Source: Octopus vulgaris (taxonomy: Eukaryota). From it: DNA of 64,000 nt. Position 1 is the stretch's first letter; each line of letters opens with the position of its first letter. This document shows positions 36,765 through 51,340 of this stretch, one piece after another. The stretch lies in contig OX597818.1 of NCBI GenBank assembly GCA_951406725.2, positions 48,422,001 to 48,486,000 on the forward strand, written 5' to 3'. Under the pieces are notes generated by a model. That model saw only the letters and a program-made list of their open reading frames with translations, had not been told where the DNA came from and made no database searches. A program made the translations under genes and the position numbers.

Positions 36765-37460
36765 TATAATAATAATAATGAAATTATTGTATACAGTGCT
36801 CAGGTGCACCACAACTTGTCAGAAAGTGCATATAAAGTACATGCAGTAATGTAGATATGTCTGGAAAGCGAACAATGTATGAGTCAGATACATGCTTGTG
36901 TGTGTATGGAGGGGAGAAAATCAAGTGTAGTGTTGGCGAATCTCAGGAAGCATGGAGGTTTTGAAGGATGCAGTGCTCTGACAACTAACAACTGATGCCG
37001 GCAGTTTGTTCCATGCTTCAGCAATTCTTAGCGTGAAAAAATGTTTCCTGAAGTCGTGGGAGCTGTGCTGTTTTCTGACTTTGTAAATATGTCCACGGGT
37101 GTTAGATGGGTGGAGTTTGAAAAGGTGCTCAGAGTTATTGTTTGTACGATGGTTGATAATTTTATGGGTGTCTACCAAGTCAGCTGCTAGACGTCGGAGT
37201 TTCAATGTGTCCATGCCCAGGGAAGTAAGGCGTTCAGAATATGGCAAATACCTGATGGAGGGTATTCTTTTGGTTGCACGTCGCTGAACAGCTTCCAGAC
37301 GATTGATATCCTGGGCAAGATAGGGGTTCCAGACTAGTGATGCAAATTCCAGGTGAGGTCTTACCATACCTATATAAAGGCGCAGATAGATAGTCGGAGA
37401 GCAGCTCACAAAGGATTTGGTGAGTGATGCCAAGACACCCTCAGCCTTCTTGACAATTTT
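36765..37460 (-). mobile_element. CR1-type LINE 3' portion
   Basis: MVRPHLEFASLVWNPY...LEAVQRRATK...FFTLRIAEAWNKLP plus 3' UTR and (ATT)n tail. Confidence 0.9.
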
Positions 37461-37691
37461 TTCCTTCAGCAGCAACCCATGGCTCAGTTTCTTTCCTCTC
37501 CCTAAAATCAGTGTCTCAGTAAAAGTTATGGATGCTATTCTTGCTCCCTCTGATTAAACTGTAAAAATGTGTTTATCTTTTGAAGACTCAAAGCCTGTAT
37601 TGGCAATTAACAGTTTTCTCTTTTTAATTTAAAAAAATTTTTTTTGCAATAATCTATTGATGCGTATTTATATAATTTCTTGTATTTACAG

Positions 37692-37828
37692 CATTAGTGA
37701 GTCGTATATTTTGCAACCATTGTATAATTTTTGTGCAAACGAAGAAACAAGCACATCGGATGCACATTATTTTTGGTTTATGTGGGATCAACGTCGGAGA
37801 ATTGCATGGAAATTTATCCCAAGCTCAG
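37692..37828 (+). CDS. DDX27: DDX27 exon 12
   Basis: (A)LVSRIFCNHCIIFVQTKKQAHRMHIIFGLCGINVGELHGNLSQAQ, motif IV and LHG. Confidence 0.95.
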
Positions 37829-38006
37829 GTAAAATACTTCTACTCTTTTCCATATTTGTTGTCTTACCATTGACCACTTCCATTCTTATTACTATCAAGC
37901 ATTCTCCCCTCCCCTCCACACACACACTCTCTCAGGTGACCTCCTTCTTGACTCTTCTGTCACCATACTCTCTCTTGTTCACCTTTTTTAACACATTACT
38001 CTAGGG

Positions 38007-38622
38007 CAGTGATTTTCAATCAGGGACCATATGATTCTTGAAGATCCAAATAAGATTTTGTTGGTAAAATTTATGTGCAATAAAATGGTTTTACTTCTAC
38101 AATACTTTCACTCTTTTACTTGTTTCAGTCATTTGACTGCAACCTTGCTGGAGCACTGCTTTTAGTCGAGCAAATCAACCCCAGGACTTATTCTTTGTAA
38201 GCTTAGTACTTATGCTATCGGTCTCTTTTGCCTAACTGCTAAGTTATGGAGACGTAAACACACCAGCATCGGTTGTCAAGCGATGTTGAGGACACAAACA
38301 CAGACACACATACATATATATGACGGGCTTCTTTCAGTTTCCTTCTACCAAATTCACTCACTAGGATTTGGTCGGCCCGAGGCTATAGTAGAAGACACTT
38401 GACCGAGGTGCCACACAGTAGGACTGAACCCGGAACCATGTGGTTGGTAAGCAAGTTACTTACCACACAGCCACTCCTTAACAATTTTTTTTTATACCGT
38501 TCTTAATAATATTTAATTATAAAGATATAATAGGTTTTTTAAACATTGTCTGACTATGAGAGTCCACCAAGTAAAATAGAAATCAAAGGAGTCCAGAGGC
38601 AAATGATGGTTGAGAAACACTG
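38007..38622. mobile_element. hAT (Charlie-like) MITE with a nested family B SINE
   Basis: CAGTG.TT.TCAA TIRs; 8-bp TSD CTCTAGGG/CTTTAGGG. Confidence 0.7.
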
Positions 38623-39799
38623 CTTTAGGGTATAGATACATCATAGAGTTGTGAAAAGAATGTCACTAGTACTGGATCTATGATAAAATGTACCGAGTAC
38701 ACTTTGTAATGTGGTTGGTGATAAGGACATCCAGCAGTAGAAACAAAACCAAAAATTAACCATACGAATAAGACATGATCTTCTGACCCATCTAGGAAAT
38801 AGTATGAAATATTTTGGTATCAGCTGTTTTGGAAGCACTGATTCAATGTTGATTTATCTGACAGCTGATGTTTTTTAAGGTTTTTTTCATTCTCTCTCTC
38901 CCTCCCTCAACCCTTCTCAGTTTTCGTGTGTGAGGAGAAGAAAGGTGTTTATGGTAATCGTGTTCAATTAGTAAGTTGTAATGTCTCTCTCTCTCCCTCT
39001 CCATATCTGTAAATGCATATTTCTGTGTGCATGTGTGTTTACTTCTAGTGCCAAAATGCTAAGACCCCGTTCAGTCATGACTGACCGTGGGATTGCACCT
39101 AGAAAGTTTACCCTCCAAGGCACAAGTCTGGGCAAGGTTGTTTATGGAAGACCAGCAGTCACCCATACATACCGGCTTCCCCTCTCCACGCCACTGATGT
39201 TATCCAAGGGAAAGGCAACAGCAGATACAGCTTGGCACCTATGACATCACGACTCTTTTCTACAGCTGGGTAAACTGGAGCAATGTGAAATAAAGTGTCT
39301 TGCTCAAGGACTCAACACGCAGCCCGGTCCAGGATTCGAACTCACAACCTCACGATCATAAGCTTGACGCTCTAGCCACTGAGCCATGCGCCAAAATATA
39401 CTGTTACCAAAACCCACATACACATGCACTGTGGGCTGCTTTCAGTTTCTGTCTACCAAATCTACTGACAAGGCATTTGTCAACCCAGGATTGGTCCGGA
39501 ATTCGAACTCACAACCTCACGATTGTAAGCTTGACGCTCTAGCCACTGAGCCATGCGCCAAAATGTACTGTTACCAAAACCCACATACACATGCACAGTG
39601 GGCTGCTTTCAGTTTCTGTCTACCAAATCCACTGACAAGGCATTGGTTGGTCCAGGGCTATAGTAGAAGACACTTGCCCAAAGTGCTACACTGTGGGACT
39701 GAACCCGAGGTTACATGGTTGGAAAGCAAGTATCTTCACCTAAAAAGCCACACCTGTCTAATGATGACTAAATGTTTCATTTTTTTTTGTCTCTTAAAG

Positions 39800-39898
39800 C
39801 GTCTTGAAGCATTAAAGAAATTTAAGGAAGCCAGAATCGATGTGTTGCTGGCTACAGATTTGGCTGCTCGAGGTTTGGATATTGAAGGTGTGAAAACG
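39800..39898 (+). CDS. DDX27: DDX27 exon 13
   Basis: [33 protein letters not shown], motif V. Confidence 0.96.
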
Positions 39899-40791
39899 GT
39901 TAGTAAATATTTACTGTCTCATTAACCCTTTAGCATTCAGATTATGTTGTCAGATGTAATGTTTATATATTCACATTGTTTTGAATCAACCATGCATTAT
40001 CTCATAGCTTCAAGATTTCAATGATGTGATTGTTTATTTTTCAGAATCACATTGTGGGATAGGTATGAAAGGTTGGATCTGGCAAATTTGGGCATAAAAC
40101 AAGTAGAATATTTGGGCTGGATATGGCCGGTTTGAATGCTAAAGGGTTGAAGAGAATTTGACGTTTGTCTCAGTCACAAATATTTTTTTTTATCCAACTA
40201 ATTATTTTACCATAGAAATTCCTTAAATAATGATGTTTGTTCAATAACTAAAAGAAAATGAAATTTGAATGTACAATTGTAACTTAGAGTAACATGAAGA
40301 AACTCAGTCATTATATCATCAGTGCAACCATAGCGAGTTGCAACTTTCGAAATATTTGTTCATCTAAGAAATCATTGAAAATTAAAAAATTTTTTTATGC
40401 GCCCTTTCCAAGCCTAGCCAGGCTCATGGGCCTGGTTTCTGTGGCATATGTGTTCCCCCTAGCTGGATGGGATGCCAGTCCATCACAGCGTTACTCAAGA
40501 AAGAGTGAGAGAAAGTTGGGGCGAAAGACAGGGGTCGCCACTACCCCCTGCTACAGCCTTGTGGAGCTTTAGGTGTTTTTGCTCGATAAACATACACAAC
40601 GCCTGGTCTGGAAATCGAAACCGCGAGTCCAGTGCCCTAACCACTGGGCCATTGCACCTCCACCATTGAAAATATAAGCCTTGAAATATTCGTTAATCTA
40701 AGAAATCCTTGAAAATATAAGCTTTGAGGTCACAATTATTGCATATTAATAGAAATTATTGATCTAATGAAAATTTTCATTTTTTCCCTAG

Positions 40792-40874
40792 GTTATTAAC
40801 TTGACTATGCCCAGTACCATCAAGCATTATGTTCACAGAGTTGGAAGAACAGCACGTGCTGGAAGGAAAGGGAG
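40792..40874 (+). CDS. DDX27: DDX27 exon 14
   Basis: VINLTMPSTIKHYVHRVGRTARAGRKG(R), motif VI. Confidence 0.96.
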
Positions 40875-41625
40875 GTACGATATTTTTTCTACTACTGAGG
40901 AAAATAAGTATATAGATAAAAAATAATCCAGAATCCACTCTCTACCCACACACCCAATAATTATGTAGGAGCTTCCTTGGCAAATGTAAGTCAATTATCA
41001 CATGTGCCAAGGAAGCCTTGATATGGTTTCTCAACCTGCTAGAAATAATAATCAAATTTCAGCTCTAATCAAATCCTGTTGTCTTTGAAGAAAAAAAGTT
41101 AAAAATATCTTGGATAATGTAAAAAAATTACGGATATGGCAGGAAGAAGAGCATTTCCGTTCGTTCGTGTGTGTGTGTGTGTTTGTGAAATAGCACCTGT
41201 GTATTGCCATGTAAAAGTGTCCAGCACACTGAAGTGGGTGACATTTGGAAGAGCATCCAGCTGTAGAAACCATGCCAAATCAGACTGGAGTCTGATGCAG
41301 CTCCCCATTTTGCCATCATGGGCAGTGGGTGTTAAATGATGATGATGATCAAGAATAGGTAAAATATTTTACATGAAATATATATCTTGTTGATTAACTC
41401 TTTAAGCCCTATAGCATATTTACTCTTCAACATGGTAAACTCTCTGCACACTTACATCCAAAGTGGATATTTAAGGCATTCACTAATTTATATCTTTCAT
41501 GGATAAACATTTTACAATGCTTGAAATTTATCAAAATTTTCCGCAGTTAATGTGTTTGAGATACTTTGAAAATACTTCCTTTCTTTTGAGAATATAATGT
41601 ATAATTTTATATATATACACACACG

Positions 41626-41689
<64 letters not shown>

Positions 41690-44264
41690 TATATATGTGT
41701 GTGCGTGTGTGTGAAGGCACATGGCTCAGTGGTTAGAGCATCAAGCTTACAATTGTGAGGTTGTGAGCTCGAATCCAGGACTGGGCTGTGTGTTGTGTTC
41801 TTGAGCAAGACACTTTATTTCACATTGCTCCAGTTGACTCATCTGTAGAAATGAGTTGCAACCTCACAGGTGCCAAGCTGTGTCGGCCTTTGCCTTTCCC
41901 TTGGTTAACACTGGTGGCGTGGAGAGGGGAGGCCAGTATGCATGGGCAAGCTAGCAGAAACGTTAGCACGCCGGGCGAAATGCGTAGCCGTATTTTGTCT
42001 GCCGTTACGTTCTGAGTTCAAATTCTGCCGAGGTCGACTTTGCCTTTCATCCTTTCGGGGTCGATTAAACAAGTACCAGTTACGCACTGGGGTCAATATA
42101 ATCGACTTAATCTGTTTGTCTGTCCTTGTTTGTCCTCTCTGTGTTTAGCCCCTTGTGGGTAGTAAAGAAATAAGTATGCATGGGTGACTACTGGTCTTCC
42201 ATAAACAACCTTGCCCGGACTTGTGCCTCAGAAGGTAACTTTCTAGGTGGAATCCCATGGTCTGTGTTGTGACCGAAGGAGATCTCAGAATATATATATA
42301 TATATATAATATGGAATTTAAAAAATGTAAGGCAGAAAACAAAGGGATATTGAAATAAACAACCATCGTAAAATATATGACAAACAAGGACTCATAGCTT
42401 GCTAAAATTGTTTTTCTCATGAAATATTTAGAAAATTAGCCATTAGTGATACGCTTTAGATCAATAGATACATTGTTTATCTTGCAATCGTTACAACCTG
42501 TATGTGATTCAACCAAAGAAGGAACTTTTACATACTAGAAATAGTAGTCAAACAGCCCTTAAATCACACTCTCAGTCTTAGAAGGAGATGATTATAATGT
42601 AGTCCTTGATACATAAAGAGGTAGGATGGTTCCTGCTGGAATGTCTCTGATTATAGGTTTGCTTAATCAGGGTTGATCTAGAGTTAAACAACAACAATAT
42701 TAATAATCAATATTTGTTTCATGTTGTTTATCTTGATTTTAATAAGTTTTAAGTGTTTTCTTTTCAATTTTGCTCAACCAGTGGAGGGTTTACATCACTG
42801 GGAATATTGCAGAAAAAGTATATTTTTAATAAAGTCTATTTCTGTCTTACCTCTATCTCATTCTTGACTGAGTTCTGAAAACTCTATTTACAGTATAACA
42901 TCAGTCATTCCATTTGTTTACATAAAAATTTTTTCCTATTTATTTTCGGGATGAGTCATTTTCAGCTGTGTAGGTTACATAATTTTTTTAAAAAAACTTA
43001 TGAAATAAAATTCACTAAAATTAGTTATTATACACTAAAATTGCATACACAAAATTTATGAATAGCTATTGTTAAAATAACTTTTGGTCAATCATTACAG
43101 CTAAATACAGAGCCCGTAAAATAAGATCTTATAAAAGATGGGCTCAGTAAGTAACTTGCACAAGTTATGAAGTTGCAATTAAATTTTAGTTTTTAACAGA
43201 TATCTTACAATCAGGTAGGTAGAGCTCTGAAAGGGGTCTCAGGGAGTAGCGTCCTTGCCTTCCTGGGCTAGTTTTCCACCACATTTCTTAAAAATCATGG
43301 TCGAGGCCTTGGTCTTGGGACCACGCATGGCTAGAAACTGAGGTTGGGGGTAAGCAAGAGCATGCGAACTGGCAGAAACGTTAGCACGCCGGGCGAAATG
43401 CTTAGCAGTATTTCATCTGCCCCTACGCTCTGAGTTCAAATTCTGACGAGGTCGGTTTTGCCTTTCATCCTTTCAGGATTGATAAATTAAGTACCAGTTA
43501 TGCACTGGGGTCGATGTAATCAACTTAATCCCTTTGTTTGTCCTTGTTTAGCCCCTTGTGGGCAATAAAGAAATAAGAGCATGCTTCCTGTAGAAAATCC
43601 AGCTCCAAAAAAGCCCCATGCAAGCAAGGAAGAATGGGCACCAGCCAGCCAGCCCAAAGGTTGGGGTGGATTGCACCTGCCTGCCTCAGTTGCTATGACA
43701 TTGAGGTAGATCTGGCCACCTCTGTTAACAGGGACAAAACCTGGATTTAAAACACTGGATGATGATTTTGAAGAGATATCTCACAATTAGGGCTGATGAA
43801 ATTAATTATTTGTGTATATTTGCAATATATGGGGTAGGGGCGTGGTTTAGCAGTGATGGTATTCGGCTCGCAATTGTTTGGTCTTGAGTTCAATTCCTGG
43901 CGATGCGTTGTGTCCTAGAGCAAGACACTTTATTTCATGTTACTTCAGTCCATTCAGCTGGCAATAATGAGTTGTCCTGTATTTCAAAGGGCCAGCCATA
44001 TCACATTCTGTGTCTCACTGAATCTCCCTGAGAACTGTGTTGAGGGTACACACATCCTTGTATTGCTCAGTCACTTGCTCATTAATTTTATGAGCTGGCT
44101 GGTCCATTGGTTGGATCATCTGGAACACTCAGTGTTTTAATTAACAGAGTATATATGTGTGTGTGTTTACATACACATCTTTGATACATTTTGAATTTTG
44201 TATGTCTAATGATTTTTCATTGTATATGTGAATATTAATTATGTTGCCATCATTTTAATTCCAG

Positions 44265-44359
44265 ATCTGTTACCTTGGTTGGAGAGAAAGAAAGGTCTAT
44301 ACTGAAGGAGATCGTTAAGAAAGCTCATGATCCTGTCAAAGCTCGTGTTGTTCCCCAAG
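44265..44359 (+). CDS. DDX27: DDX27 exon 15
   Basis: (R)SVTLVGEKERSILKEIVKKAHDPVKARVVPQ(E); CAG/GTAAA. Confidence 0.93.
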
Positions 44360-44430
44360 GTAAAACAAAACTTTGGATTGACTACTAAAGTTTTATGTTA
44401 CTTCATTATTTATATATATATATATATATA

Positions 44431-44810
44431 GTACAAAGTAAGATAGGGGTTATGGGTGTAACCCACTATGGGATATCAGTTATCCAATATACTGTTGGTA
44501 AAGTACCCAAATTCTTAATATGTAAGTATTTTTAATTGCAATGCAATTGATTCATTTATTGTATTAAATGGGTGAAGGTAAAGAAATATTTTTACCATAA
44601 ATTTATAATACAAATAAGAAAATGGAGAAATAAATTCATCTCGTTCATCAACTTGCGAGTATTACAATTTTACATTATTTATTAATTATACAAATGGGAA
44701 CATTTGTATAATTTGATGTTCTCATTTGTATAATTAATAAATAATGTAAAATTGTTATATCCGTAAGTTGATGAACGAGATGAATTTATTTCTCCATTTT
44801 CTTAGTTGTG
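44431..44810. mobile_element. Fold-back insertion in (TA)n
   Basis: Inverted arms of about 93 bp at 44611-44808 plus a one-sided extension. Confidence 0.65.
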
Positions 44811-45581
44811 TGTATGTATATATATATATGTGTGTGTGTGTGCTACTAAGTGTACTATAACTACTTACCCTACTCACACATAGCACACATCTAAAACCCC
44901 AGAAATTTACTCCAAATATTTAATTCTTCACTCTTCACTGTGATATTGCTTGCATGACTATATATTCTCAACTATATCTGAAAATATATATATCTGTGGA
45001 GGCGCAATGGCCCAGTGGTTAGGGCAGTGGACTCTTGGTCGTAGGATCACGGTTTTGATTCCCAGACTGGGCATTGTGAGTGTTTATTGAGCGAAAACAA
45101 CTAAAGCTCCACGAGGCTCCGGAAGGGGTGATCCCTGCTGTACTCTTTCACCACAACTTTCTCTCACTTTTTCTTCCTGTTTCTGTTGTACCTGTATTTC
45201 AAATGGCCAGCCTTGTCACAATCTGTGTCACGCTGAATCTCCCTGAGAACTATGTTATGGGTACACGTGACTGTGGAGTGCTCAGCCACTTGCATGTTAA
45301 TAAATGAGCTGCGATGTCACTGGTGCCAAACTGTATCAGCCTTTGCCTTTCCCTTGAATAATATTGGTGGCATGGAGAGGGGTGGCTGGTATGCGTGGGC
45401 GACTGCTGGTCTTCCGTAGACAACCTTGCCCAGACTTGTGCCTCAGAGGGTAACTTTCTAGGTGTAACCCCATGAGTCATTCATGACCGAAGGGGGTCAC
45501 AACAACAACAATATCTGAAAATAGATTGTCCAAGTGATTGATAAATCTTCTTGCTAATACGCTATAACTACTTGACACATT

Positions 45582-45686
<105 letters not shown>

Positions 45687-46459
45687 CTCTGTTCCTTCCA
45701 GTTCATCAGGGTCTTGACATTCCAACTATGTTTCATCTACCCAGGCACTTCATCCAAATTTTTATCATAAAAAGTGACTTCCTCTGAAACTCTGCTCATG
45801 CTTTCCCTCTTTGTGTTAATCAGCAGACGTACAAGTTTAACATAACTACATTGGCTGTGACATGCAAAACGCTTGGTGCATTATCTCTTATTTTCAGACC
45901 AAAATTCCTCTTTTACATTCATAAACAGAATTAATTCAGATCCTGCCTTGTTTATTGCCTTTTTGTGTGGGGTCAGTGAGGTTGACGATATACTCTTTTA
46001 CTTGTTTCAGTCATTTGACTGCGGCCATGCTGGAGCACCGCCTTCAGTCGAGCAAATCGACCCCGGGACTTATTCTTTGTAAGCCCAGTACTTATTCTAT
46101 CGGTCTCTTTTGCCGAACCGCTAAGTGACGGGGACGCAAACACACCAGCATCGGTTGTCAAGCAATGCTAGGGGGACAAACACAGACACACAAACACACA
46201 CACATACATATATATATATACACATATACGACGGGCTTCTTTCAGTTTCCGTTTACCAAATCCACTCACAAGGCTTTGGTCGGCCTGAGGCTATAGTAGA
46301 AGACACTTGCCCAAGATGCCACGCAGTGGGACTGAACCCGGAACCATGTGGTTGGTTAGCAAGCTACTTATCACACAGCCACTCCTGCGCCTGAATACTT
46401 TGTTAAATCTCTTGAATACTCTAAGTTTATTAATTGATCTTGTTGAATTGTTTTTGCAG

Positions 46460-46654
46460 AAGTTATAAACAAGTACCGTGATAAAATTGAACAGTTAGAA
46501 GATGATATTAAAGCTGTGGAAAAAATCGAGAAAGAAGAGAAGGAAATCCAGCTGTCTGAGATGCAGTTAAACCAAATAAACAATAAACTGGAAGGAACAG
46601 ATGAACAAAATAGGAAATGGTTTCAGTCAAAAAAAGAGAAGATTAAAGAGAAAT
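46460..46654 (+). CDS. DDX27: DDX27 exon 16
   Basis: (E)VINKYRDKIEQLEDDIKAVEKIEKEEKEIQ...RKWFQSKKEKIKEK; the phase-1 donor must be the weak T/GTTTGT. Confidence 0.88.
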
Positions 46655-48406
46655 GTTTGTATTTATCGTTTGTTTGCATCGATTCATTGATTGATTTTGA
46701 ATTCTTAATCTTTTGTTTGTCTTTAAAATATTGGATTTTATTGTTTTGTTACATGTGGAGATAGTTAGACACCTTTTACTTTAGTTTTGATGCAATTGTC
46801 TAAATTTGCTATATGGAGGCATATGGCTTAGTGGTTAGAGAAGCAGACTAGCGGTTGAGGGATCGCGGGTTCGAATCACAGACCGGACGATGTATGTGTT
46901 TATGAGCGAAACACCTAAGCCCCACTGCTGACTCTTTCGCCACAACTTTCTCTCACTCTTTCCTCCTGCATCTTGCAGGTCACCTGCGACGGACCAGCGT
47001 CCCATCTGGGTGGAGAACCTATACGCCAAGGAAACTGGGAAACCGGCACTTATAAGCCAGGCATGGCTCGAGAAAGAACAAAAAAAAATAATAAATTTGC
47101 TATGGCAATTTCAGTTTGTGTGTATCATCATCGTCATCATTTAACGTCTGTTGTCCATACTGGCATGTGTTGGATGGTTTGACCAGAGCTAGTAAGCTGA
47201 GGGGCTGCACCAGACTCCAGTCTGATTTGACATGGTTTCTTTAGCTGGATGCCCTTCCCTATGCCAACCACTCTGAGTGTGATGGGTGCTTTTATGTGCC
47301 ACCAGCACAGGTGCCAATTGCATGACTCCAGAATCTTCCATGGCTACGATTTCACTTGGCTTGATGAGTCCTGTTCTCAAGTACGAAATATTGCCGAAGG
47401 TCTTGATCATTTGTATTTGCCTCTATGAGGCCCAATGCTCAAAAGGCGCTTTTTACATGCCAGTTATGTGACACCAGCATTAGCCATGACTACGATGTCA
47501 CTTGGCTTGACAAGTTTTCTCAAGCATAGCATATTGCCAAAGGTCTTGGTTACTAATCATTGCCTCTGTGAGGTCCAACATGCATGTTCACCATGCATGT
47601 ATGTATATGTGATTTTAGCATCTGCTTTCGCATACTTGCATGGGTCAGTGGGAGTTTGTTGTGGCTGGTTGTGTAATAATTTTGCACATGAATGACAATA
47701 TTAAATGAGCTGAGAGAAAAACTGAATATAAGAGGAATTGGATCATCATCGTTTAACGTCCGCTTTCCATGCTAGCATGGGTTGGACGATTTGACTGAGG
47801 ACTGGCGAACCAGATGGCTGCACTAGGCTCCAATCTTGAGTTGGCAGAGTTTCTACAGCTGGATGCCCGTAGTGTACAAACGAGAGGACTCCATTTGTAT
47901 AGTATCCTCTTGCTCACATTACCTTGATTGTGCACTACTTGTCCCAGAAGGCTGAGTACCCCTGTCACTCATTCCTCTAACTACTCTTTTGTGTGCCATT
48001 CACTCTGTAAAAACATTGGTGAGTGAGCAGGTGTGGTAATCAAGAGGTCTCTTTAGTTACGTCATCAACATGGTTACCTTTGTAGTGCTGGTAATATGAC
48101 CAAAAAGGGCACCCAGTACATTCTTTAAACTGTAGTTGAAAGGGTCCTTTGGTTTTGTCAAGGACATCGTTCCTTCCTATGCCATGAGAAAAGCATCCAC
48201 TGCCAAAGGTGTTGACACTAAATATGTGCTAATGCAAATTGCAGTAACCCATCCAACCCATGCCAGCATGGAAAGTGAACATATAAGGATGGTGATAGGG
48301 TGGATATATGTATATTTGTGTGTGTATGTGTATACACACACACATGTTCCTGTGTATTTTAAGAATTAATTTTATTAAAGAGTATTCTTTTTAAACTGTA
48401 TTTCAG

Positions 48407-48504
48407 TGAATGGTAGACTTTCCAAACTGAATGAAGAACCAATTTCTAAGAAAAGTAAACAATTGCAGGGAATGCGAAAGTCAAAGAAACAGACACCCGT
48501 TTCA
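48407..48504 (+). CDS. DDX27: DDX27 exon 17
   Basis: (L)NGRLSKLNEEPISKKSKQLQGMRKSKKQTPVS; CAG/GTAAGT; phases fit. Confidence 0.8.
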
Positions 48505-48758
48505 GTAAGTTAAGAAATATTCAATGACTATAAATGTATTCGTATGGAGAAGGCCTTGTAAATGCATTGAGTAGTTTTTATAGATCTGGTGCAGGAATTG
48601 GCTGTGTGGGTAAAAATAATTTGCTTTGCAGTCAATCCCACAGTTGTGGCACTTTGGACAAGCGTCTTTTACAATAACCTAAGACCGACAATACTTTGTG
48701 ACTGAATTTGATAGAGGGGAAGCTCTGTGGAAGCCTATTGTGTGTACATGTGTATGTG

Positions 48759-48794
<36 letters not shown>

Positions 48795-51225
48795 GGAGTA
48801 GCTGTGTGGTAAGTAGCTTGCTTACGGACCACATGGTTCCAGGTTCATTCCCACTGCGTGGCACCTTGGGCCGACCAAAGCCTTGTGAGTGGATTTGGTA
48901 GACGGAAACTGAAAGAAGCCCATCATATATATGTATGTGTGTGTGTCTGTGTTTGCTTGACAACCAAAGCTGGTGTGTTTACGTCCCTGTAACTTAGCGG
49001 TCCAACAAAAAGAGACCGATACAATAAGTACTAGGCTTACAAAGAATAAGTCCTGGGGTTGATTTGCTTGACTAAAGGCAGTGCTCCAGCATGGCTGCAG
49101 TCAGATGACTGAAACAAGTAAAAGAGAGTGTCTGGTCCTTGAACTGATCTGATCATGTGTCAGACTGACCGACACATGGCAGCAAAGAACATGTATACTA
49201 AATGAGGATATATATATATATAAGCATATATGGTTTGTGACAAAGAAGTTTGCTTCAGAACCATGTGATTCGGGGTTCAGTCCCACTGAATATGCTATAG
49301 CTACAGATCACATTCTAAACTGAAGAAGCCTGTTTGTGTATGTGTATTATTTTTTGAAGGAAAAGGTTGACAGTGACTTCAAAGTTTGGGTTAGCTCACT
49401 ATCATTAGACTGTGGTTTGCTTTGATTCTTTTTGGTTTTATAACAGGCTTTAGGAGTTAGCTTTTTTTTTTTTTTAGAGGTGTAATATGAAGGAGATTTG
49501 GGTGTGATGTAGATATATAGTGGTGTGAGGGATAGGAGGAAATTATGTATTTGTAGTGTTGATTGGTAGAAAGTTGTGGTGAGGTGAGTTATTTTAGTTT
49601 GATATAAAAAAAAGAAAACCAACCTTATATGCAAAGAATATCCTGACTTGAGTATGACACATCTGTTTAACCCTTCACTTTCTTGCTTAACTGTCTGTGA
49701 AGTTTGGTGCTGCTAAAGCAGTCACAGCAACTTCGAAGTAACTTATTTCTCTCTTATCCAAACAAGTCTCCACATTGGAAAAAAGAATCTCCTGGTATAA
49801 ATCGTATGTAATTCTTCCACTATGAGGAGTGCCTGTGTGGTAAGTAGCTTGCTAACCAACCACATGGTTCCGGGTTCAGTCCCACTGCGTGGCATCTTGG
49901 GCAAGTGTCTTCTACTATAGCTCTGGGCCAACCAATGCCTTGTGAGTGGATTTGGTAGACGGAAACTGAAAGAAGCCTGTCATATATATGTATATATATA
50001 TATGTGTGTGTGTGTGTGTTTGTCCCCCTAGCATTGCTTGACAACCAATGCTGGTGTGTTTACGTCCCCATTACTTAGCGGTTCGGCAAAAGAGACCGAT
50101 AGAATAAGTACTGGGCTTACAAAGAATAAGTCCCGGGGTCGATTTGCTCGACTAAAGGTGGTGCTCCAGCATGGCCGCAGTCAAATGACTGAAACAAGTA
50201 AAAGAGTAAAGAGTATATAAATTACTTTATGGTATTTAAATCCTTAAAAGTTAAGAGATGTAACTCTGGCAAATTTAGCCATTCTATGAATAGCTTTTGA
50301 TAAATGTGTACCAGAATAAATACTTGGGTCAATCTTATTGACCAAAACCCCTAAAGGTAGAGTTCCAGAATGGCCAGTCTGACCAATAAGGTAAAAATGG
50401 TTTTCGGGTGTAAAAGCATTTTTGTGTCCCACAGAGGTGATGACAAGTGACTAAGACTGTTGGCAATTTGCTGTGCTTGGGGAGATATGTCAAACATAGC
50501 GAAATCGTAATTGGGGGCCAGTGCTGGTGATACATAAGGAGCACCCATGCCAGTGACGTGTTAAAGGCACTCGGTACATTTTGTGGAATGGGTTGGCATT
50601 AAGAAGAGCATCAAGTTATAGAAACCAGGCCAAGACAGACTGAAGCCTGGTGCAGCTCTCTGGCTTACCAGTTCCAGATGAACTGTCTAACCTATGCCAG
50701 CATGGAAAACAAACACATGTTAATGATAAGTGGGTCTCTCCTGAGCTTTGTATCACATTAGTAACTGTTGTGAAGTGAAGTATTTTGTGACCCTGAAGAG
50801 TAAGGTAAAAATGCTTTTAGGTTCCCAGACCAGTAGCTTGGTCTGAGTGCTTCCAATAAAGTGAACATTTCTATGAGCACCCAGTCATTATCATCATCAT
50901 CATCGTTTAACGTCCGCTTTCCATGCTAGCATGGGTTGGACGATTTGACTGAGGGCTGGCGAGCCAGATGGCTGCACCAGGCTCCAATCTTGATCTGGCA
51001 GAGTTTCTACAGCTGGATGCCCTTTCTAACGCCAACCACTCCAAGAGTGTAGTGGGTGCTTTTTACGTGCCACCGGCACGGGGCCAGTCAGGCGGTACTG
51101 GCAATGACCTCGCTCGAATATTTACACATGCCAGTTAATCAATGCATTTGGATTTACATTGTATACTCTTAAGTATATACAATTGTGGATATAAATTTAT
51201 CCTTGTATGTTATTTTCTATTACAG

Positions 51226-51340
51226 ACAGAGAACCGCATTGAATATGAAGTACATAAAGCACAGCTTTGTGCTGCACGATTTTCAAAGAAGTCTTCAAAG
51301 GCAAAACGTATCAAAGCATGTCCTGATGCTTCCAAAAAGG
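51226..51340 (+). CDS. DDX27: DDX27 exon 18
   Basis: TENRIEYEVHKAQLCAARFSKKSSKAKRIKACPDASKK(G), conserved KAQ..A.R..K pattern. Confidence 0.88.

Noticed and set aside
37657-38004. 115-aa hydrophobic ORF overlapping exon 12
   Set aside because: It is an alternative frame of a DDX27 exon running into pyrimidine-rich intron; no independent support.
39386-39925. 179-aa ORF as a stand-alone gene
   Set aside because: Only 39800-39898 is coding (DDX27 exon 13); the rest is SINE-derived open frame.
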